A DNA stretch of 61,220 bases, counting the filler, from Basidiobolus ranarum (lineage: Eukaryota): the NCBI GenBank assembly GCA_040143965.1. It is 2 parts of 2 records of this genome, joined end to end, with 100 filler letters (N's around TTAATTAATTAA, not from the genome) between each part and the next. Parts side by side here need not be neighbours in the genome. Positions count along the whole stretch, not along the records: positions 30,702 to 61,220 come from JASJQH010006974.1; 1 more part is not named here. One strand, 5' to 3'. Under the pieces are notes generated by a model. The model saw only the letters and a program-made list of their open reading frames with translations, did not search any database and was not told the origin of the DNA. Shown one piece after another: positions 54,818 through 61,220 of this stretch (its first letter is position 1; each line of letters opens with the position of its first letter). The position numbers and the translations under genes are program-made.

Positions 54818-57800
54818 TTATTCATAAGGTTTCGTCTTGGGATGTTTCGTTGATATTCCAATTGGAGGGAATTCAAGAGGAGAATTTGAAATCTGATAGT
54901 TCCTTCTGTCAATATTTGGTTGGGGGTTATTAGATCCATAGCTTATCCCTCGTGGCGGGAGGGAAGGAAAAGAGGAAGATTCCAAGAATATTTCATCTTC
55001 ATCGGTGGATGAACCACTAGGGTTATTCTTTAGTTTAGGTGGATTCCAGGTGACGGAATGTGGTTTTGGATAGTCTGAAAATTCATTCTCTGATTCTGGC
55101 CAGTCGTAGCTATCTTCATTCAGAGGCATTGAAACTGGACTTTCTCCACTCTCTGCATTCGACCTCGTATTATGTTCATGAATCACTCCTAAATCTACCA
55201 AAACATCGTTCCGGGTATCGTTTGTTCTACGCTCCTTATTCATATTAACATCACTGCCTAAAGATAAAGTGACATTTGTATCCATCGCATCTAGTATATT
55301 TTCTGCATGGAACTCTCATTAATATATACATAGTTGGATGATGCATCGTTGGTGGATTACCTTCAAGTAAAGCCGGCAGATTAGGGTCATTAGATTTTGC
55401 ATTCCATCCTGGAAGGTATTCCCTGTTATTCATCAAATATGGGTCAGAGACATGGTCGTGCTCTATACTACTATAGACAACTTACACCCCATAGGGAACT
55501 GTACACTGGTTAATGGCATTTAGCTTTCTGGCCAACGGTAAATGCAATGTTTCATCCCAATTCTCCAGTTTGTCAGGACTCATATACGTCTGAAAGTCGA
55601 ATTGTCTTGAGCTCCACAACGAAACATATGGTAATCGACAGCAAACAGTTTCTACTTCATGAATCCAACTAATAATTAACATTAACACATATAGATGCGT
55701 GAGAGGAAGAGTCAATTATCGATAACATTACCCTGAGTCTGGCCATTTGACGTTTGTATCTCCATGTTCGACACCCTTAATTAAGCTGCATTTAGTACTA
55801 TTCAATAAACTGGATTAAGCTACATACTTCCACAACACCAAGGACCTCACTCCAGTCGGCATTTCTGGATAACGACCATTCAACTAAATCAGAATAAGAC
55901 CCCGATAGAGTTTCTACTGTATAGGTCCTCCCTACGCAACATTATGAATTTTCAAGTCAGAAATGAACGTTTGAGATCAACAAACCATTTTTCTTCATCG
56001 CTTTGTCGTGTTTCTCGACAGTTATACGGCATAGTGTGAGTATCCCACCAGTGCTAAAGTATAATATGTCTTGAAGATGTAGACCTGGTTGAGTAGCTGT
56101 TATGGGTATGTTGGCTATTTCACTGGTGACTGGCTGAAAATAGTTGATCATTGCTGTTTGATGACTATGGTGTTGAGTGGCGGTACTTCCGGATTGCGAG
56201 AAAGGCAGCAAAGGATCGCAGCGAATTTGATCTTTGCCATGCAATTCTCGATTTCTGATCCGTAGAAATGGCTTCAATGCCTTGGGAGATTCGTGGGAAT
56301 CAAAAGTTTCACCAAATAGACGCGTTGGCCACCTATTGAGACTCCCTAATAACGGGCTAATTGTATATACATCTGTTGGTTTAGTCAAGGATAATCACAG
56401 CATCAAATAAGCAATCAGGTATAGCTTTAGTAAGGATACGGGATGTGCCACGAACAGTGTTGATTGAAACCCATTTGGAATCTTGACTGAATGTAATGTT
56501 CTTGATTTGTGCCGAAGTGTATCCCCTATAAAGCTCACATCTAGTAATACGTCAGTTTTCCGATCTGGACAAACTTGGAAACAACTTGTTAAGATACCTC
56601 CGAATTCCGTTCCCTAAATGCTCATCATTTGCATTGACTGATATTTCATATATATATGCACAATATCCTCCTACTGGTGCAATGGCAATTAACGAGCCAC
56701 TGGGGCTGAATGCAACAATATCCAAGCTCTCCTCGCCAACCTCAAAATATCCCACTTTACATAAATGACGTATATCTTGTGCCCGAGTATTCGTCAAAGA
56801 AATAACTCCAAGTTTATCAAGATCAAAAATGATCACCTTTATGTGACAAGTATTAGATGACATATTAAGTAAATTACCAACCATATCCTATTTCAAACCT
56901 GGTTCGAATGAGGTTGGGGTAACTGGCTTCTACGACTGTCTTCTGGATTCTGTCGATAGCTGTTCCAATAATTAGATAGCTTACGATAGCCCAAATCACC
57001 TGTTAAACAATCCTTATTAATACCCTGAAGACTGCCCACACTACGTCTTGAATAACAGACCTATACTTTTCATTCCTAACAAAGCCTCATGAGCAACTTG
57101 AGTCACGTTGAGCCCATTTCGATCCTGCGATACGGGCTCATAGCTCATATTGTAAGACTCATCTGTAGTGACATACGCTAATAGGCGATTTCCAACTGAT
57201 AACACTGGTAAGTTTTCGGAATTGGGATGTGCATCATTCAATTTAAAGATAACTTGGAGCGTCTTGGGCGAGATCACTTCTATGGTTGAGCCGTGATACT
57301 ATTTGATAAGATATTAGGCTAGCTACAGTGAAGTTGACATACTAAATATACACCAACCACAACGATTCCTCGTTCACAACATTCGACACCTAAGCCACAT
57401 TCAACCGAGTAATTTAGATTTTTAACGATCTTGTGAGTCTGCAGAGAGAAGAAGCACAGGGTGGATCCTTGTACTTTTGCGCCTTCAGTCTTTCGCATGC
57501 TGGGTATTGAAGAATTAGCAAAAATACTAAGTATTCAGCTACTGATTGATAGCCTACCTTATCGCGAGAATTCCTCGCTGGTTCTTAAAACAGTCTTCAT
57601 TATCAGTAGCTCTAGGTGTTGGAACATTCTATTGATAATAAGATGTGAGAAATTTCATTTACGACTCTAGATTTGCTTAGAGTGAGAGAGGTAACCTTAA
57701 TGCAAAATACATCGTATTCCTCTTTTCTACAAGAAATAATTTCGGTGATATTGGAGAGATCAGACAGATCCCACACTTGAAATCCATCATGATATCCAAG

Positions 57801-58431
57801 AATCAAGCAAAATTTCCTACAATAAAGGCCACTTAACAAGCGATAATAGAAAATCAACCACTATATTCTACTAACCGCTGAGGATGAGTGAAGGTTTTTT
57901 CAGCATCAGATACGTGATCCTGTGAAGTTCGATAGACTCCCTCAATCCAATCAAAAGAAGCACATGTCACCACACTTCTAGGCTCGACACTTACTGTGCC
58001 ATCTTGATCAAAAGTTTCATAAGCTAAGTTCTCAGGCTCTTCGTTTAATTTCGGTGGTGTGGCTATACTTTTCATCTTGTTCAAGGTTTCTGGTAGATTG
58101 TTGTATACATACGTAGATATCCCTTGTATTATAGTGGTCACCTTTTCTTTTTTACTTACTCTGAGAAGTATCAATATTAGTAAGAATCAAATATAAGGTT
58201 GAACTTTTAGAAATACAACTTCAAAATCTTCGGCTCAGCTTTTACACCTGGTGAGAAGGAAGTAGTAATGTTGCCAACATCTACAGTAGGTGAGGCCAAG
58301 GGCGATAAAATAGTGCCATTCTTTAGTGGTGAATTGTAAAGAGATAGACCGTAATGAGAATCAGTTTCTGTGTCGACCTCTGCCACCTCATTGGAGAGAG
58401 TCGCAAGTCTTGGAAATTGAAATGACGCCAC
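54818..58431 (-). CDS. BCAS3/ATG18-like WD40 beta-propeller protein (multi-exon, 5' end uncertain)
   Basis: LILGYHDGFQVWDL, LSVGNRLLAY, IVAFSPSGSLIA, ELYRGYTSAQIKNITFSQDSKWVSINTVRGTSHVYTISP, WSLSRNADWSEV and WIHEVET..SLWSSRQFDFQTY match BCAS3-family motifs. Confidence 0.85.
56373..56439 (-). other. U12-type (minor spliceosome) GT-AG intron
   Basis: 5' site GTATCCTTA, branch site TATCCTTGAC followed by only 11 nt to the end of the AG, and no polypyrimidine tract. Removal restores RGTSH-VYTISP. Confidence 0.9.
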
Positions 58432-59166
58432 TTTGGAAAACTGACTCGACTAGTGGTTGACAAAGTGTTGCTCTGCGAACGGATTAATTTAGTAGAGCAA
58501 ACTCAAGAAGTGTACAAATAATCAATAAGCGATTGAAAGTTAAAGATATGAGGGGTTTTAGGGTGGTAGTCTTGTTAAGATTAAGAAATTACTATTCTGG
58601 ACGGGCACATAAATACTGACAGTCACGCAAAAAAAAATTTGGTAAAAGCTCAGATTTAATCGAAACTCTCTAGTATTTAACTTTCAATACATGCTCGTAC
58701 ACTATTGGACTGAATTTTAAGGCAGTCACTCATTTAACTATTCGACCGTATATCGCCCAATCAACACACAATCAATGTACAGTTGTGGAGAAGTATAATA
58801 TCAGAAATGGGGTAGTAAACTTGTATCCGGAAATGGGGTGGACATTTGATCTAAGGCCATATTACTGTTTGTCATTAGTGCGTATATGGTTTGAAGATAT
58901 AGTTTGTATACATGGTCTCTGTTGTATACATATACAGATCCACCCTTTGGACCTGGGAATATGGATTAGTCCAATCACAAATGCTGCTTAACCCTAACCC
59001 TACATAGCAATCTACACCGAATCCGGTACTTATTGCATGAGGTTTTATTGGAATCATTGTTGTTATTTCACTAAAGTATATTTGTATTGCTTCTCGATTG
59101 GCTCTTATGCATGCATGATATAATGGTTGTCAATATGCTTACTGTGAATATTGCGTTGGTTGATAG

Positions 59167-59225
59167 AATCTATTGTAAGTTAATGGTATAATCTATTGTA
59201 AGTTAATGGTATAATCTATTGCAAG
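59167..59225. repeat. 23-nt tandem repeat (AATCTATTGTAAGTTAATGGTAT x about 2.5)
   Basis: Identical units at 59167 and 59190, partial third unit at 59213. Confidence 0.9.
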
Positions 59226-60707
59226 CTCATCATCTCTGGGTAGTCACTTGATTTAAACGTCATCGAGTTCAGCAGTTAGACTTCGCACAATGATTTCTAG
59301 AGTTACTTAGATTCAGTAAAGCTTCGTCATGGTACTATGATAACAAGTAGATTTTGATATTTTCGATCAAATCCAATGCATGTAATGAAATAATCAGCAT
59401 GCATTTAATCGTGTGTTTAATCTTCTTTCACCTATTTAACCAAATCTCTATCTCAATTTCATTCTTCATAATGTTTATTTACCGTAACTTTAAGAATTCT
59501 TCGCTATTGTTCCTAACTGCGACTGAAGAGAATATATGTGCTTGGTAACTCCAAAAGCGACAGTTGGCGAAATATCCTTTAAGCCAGACACAAGCCATGA
59601 CTTTAGAAACTAGTTCTGTTAACATGGTATATATCACACAAGTGTTAGTTACTGACAATCCGTTTGCTGTATTTAGCAGATACCAATTACTAATTGTCAG
59701 CTAGATTTCACAGATGTTAAACTCAATCTTAATTATAGCTATAAAGCTAAAAAAAGGCGACACTATAGCAATAAATGTAGAAAGATCCTAACCACTCTCC
59801 GATCCTATATTATTCAACGATTGTGTGTTAGCGGGATGTACTTACGTTAAAGTCATTCCGACAATGGGATTAATCTTAATATTTGACGCAGTATTTACTA
59901 GCTCTTCTTGGTCCTATTTCATGGTTACTGGTGAGTCCTTCGTATAGTTCTCTAACTGCTTAGCGTGTGGTGATGCTACGTTTTTATAGACAGGATAATA
60001 TTCGCCCCAGGGAGCTCCAACCGGTATTTGAGCAAGCAAGGCAAAGATAAAGAGTAAACTAAGCGCAATATACATGACAGTAAAGCCTACAGGCCATTTA
60101 ACCATGAAGTATATTTCTGGTAGGAGTGTCATCATGATTTTTTCCCCAAGTTACATCAATAACAAAATATTCAAATGGTATAATAAGAGAATTAACAAAA
60201 TATATTCAATCTTTGGATATTCTCATATATTTGTTTGGTTTTATTTCTACCTCATTTGTTGTAATTAACTTTCTAAAAACTTCTGTGATAATATCAAGAT
60301 GTTTGTCTGAAAGTTTGGCCACTTCCAATAATGTTAGTATGTCCATTAGTTAAAAATATTTTTTAATGATGTTTTGGATTGGGGGTAAATATTTATCAAC
60401 ATAATATAATAAAAACATTGACAAGTCCAAAAGTATATATATGTATATAGCTATAACATATATTTTAGTGGTGTATACATGAATCAAACTTCAAACATGG
60501 CCACATTGGTTTACTAACCCCTCCCCCCAAAAAAAAATATAGTTACCTTCAATGGATCCATTCTCATTATTTTGCATCAAGTATAATTTACTATCAAAGC
60601 ATCAGCTGCTGAATGAATCAGTTTACTTTTCATCTAGTGAAGTTGAGAAATCTCTCATGATATATAATATTTTTCTTTATCATGAATGAATTTTATGGAG
60701 TATTTGT

Positions 60708-60842
60708 TTTGTTGAAGTATTTTGGGAGTTGTTGAAAGTGATTAGGAAAACTAGAAGAATTGGTGGTTTTCACTTACTGATTTATTCAGTGCAAGCTGCA
60801 CTCATAGTTTTGTCAAGGAGTAGATAAATGAACATGTAAAAT
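60708..60842. mobile_element. Diverged second copy of the 25.3-25.9 kb inverted-repeat arm
   Basis: TTGTTGAAGTATTTTGGGAGTTGTTGAAAGTGATTAGGAAAACTAGAAGAATTGGTGGTTTTCACTTACTGATTTATT...ATAGTTTTGTCAAG aligns by eye to the reverse complement of about 25755-25892. Confidence 0.75.
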
Positions 60843-61220
60843 ATAATCATCCCTATGATAAATATGGGTATGAACACCATAAGAAAACCAGAGAAAACAC
60901 AAATATAGGGGTAGCAATACCATAAAAAAATGGTAGGAAAAGAAGACTGGTAGAGTTACTATAAGAAATTGGATGCAATGTCATTATAATAACATTACAA
61001 AGAAGCAGGAAAATAGTATGAAATCCTGTTGGAGGATCTTGACATAATGGGGGTAGACTTTGAGTATTAGAAGCAACTTATGATAGTGTGTTTTAGTCAC
61101 TTCATTCTTAAGAGTATATTGTGACTTATATAGTAGAAAAGTAAATCAATTGTTTGAGATATTCAGGAGTTTGTGTAATAAGATATAATAGATAAGTGGG
61201 GGTAATAAGACATACTTGTT

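Noticed and set aside
58989-59002. TAACCCTAACCCTA telomere-like motif
   Set aside because: Only about two units; expected by chance.
59167-59225. 23-nt repeats as a possible CRISPR-like array (also 31458-31500)
   Set aside because: Units are contiguous without unique spacers, only 2-3 copies, eukaryotic context and no cas genes.

Overview
Eukaryotic, AT-rich, intron-containing genomic DNA from an early-diverging (non-Dikarya) fungus. The gene content suggests Zoopagomycota, possibly Basidiobolus-like, but this is inferred and not proven. A 100-nt artificial scaffold gap (30602-30701) splits the window. The left half is gene-sparse. It holds a Dnf1/2-type P4-ATPase, a secreted AA11-type LPMO in tandem with a bacterial-type GH46 chitosanase, a Fic1/Inn1-like C2 protein, a type III glutamine synthetase, an AAAP amino-acid transporter, a long fold-back inverted repeat and a BTB-like ORF. 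The right half is gene-dense: the 3' end of RPL27, RPL12, an unknown multi-exon gene, COX20, CCT4, MCM5, a ROCK/MRCK/DMPK-family kinase, a tectonin-like lectin, TCAIM/DUF4460-like, IRC19/DUF1763-like and Mtc2-like genes, a Crinkler-type NTPase-nuclease-like gene and a BCAS3-like gene. Most notable observations: (1) a textbook U12-type (minor spliceosome) intron in the BCAS3-like gene; (2) the tandem LPMO + GH46 pair, a candidate chitin/chitosan module; (3) an unannotated, compact, G-U-supported structured RNA candidate between CCT4 and MCM5; (4) GSIII and a ROCK/MRCK-type kinase, both absent from model yeasts; (5) a dispersed fold-back transposon family. Exon boundaries were read by eye and no database searches were run.
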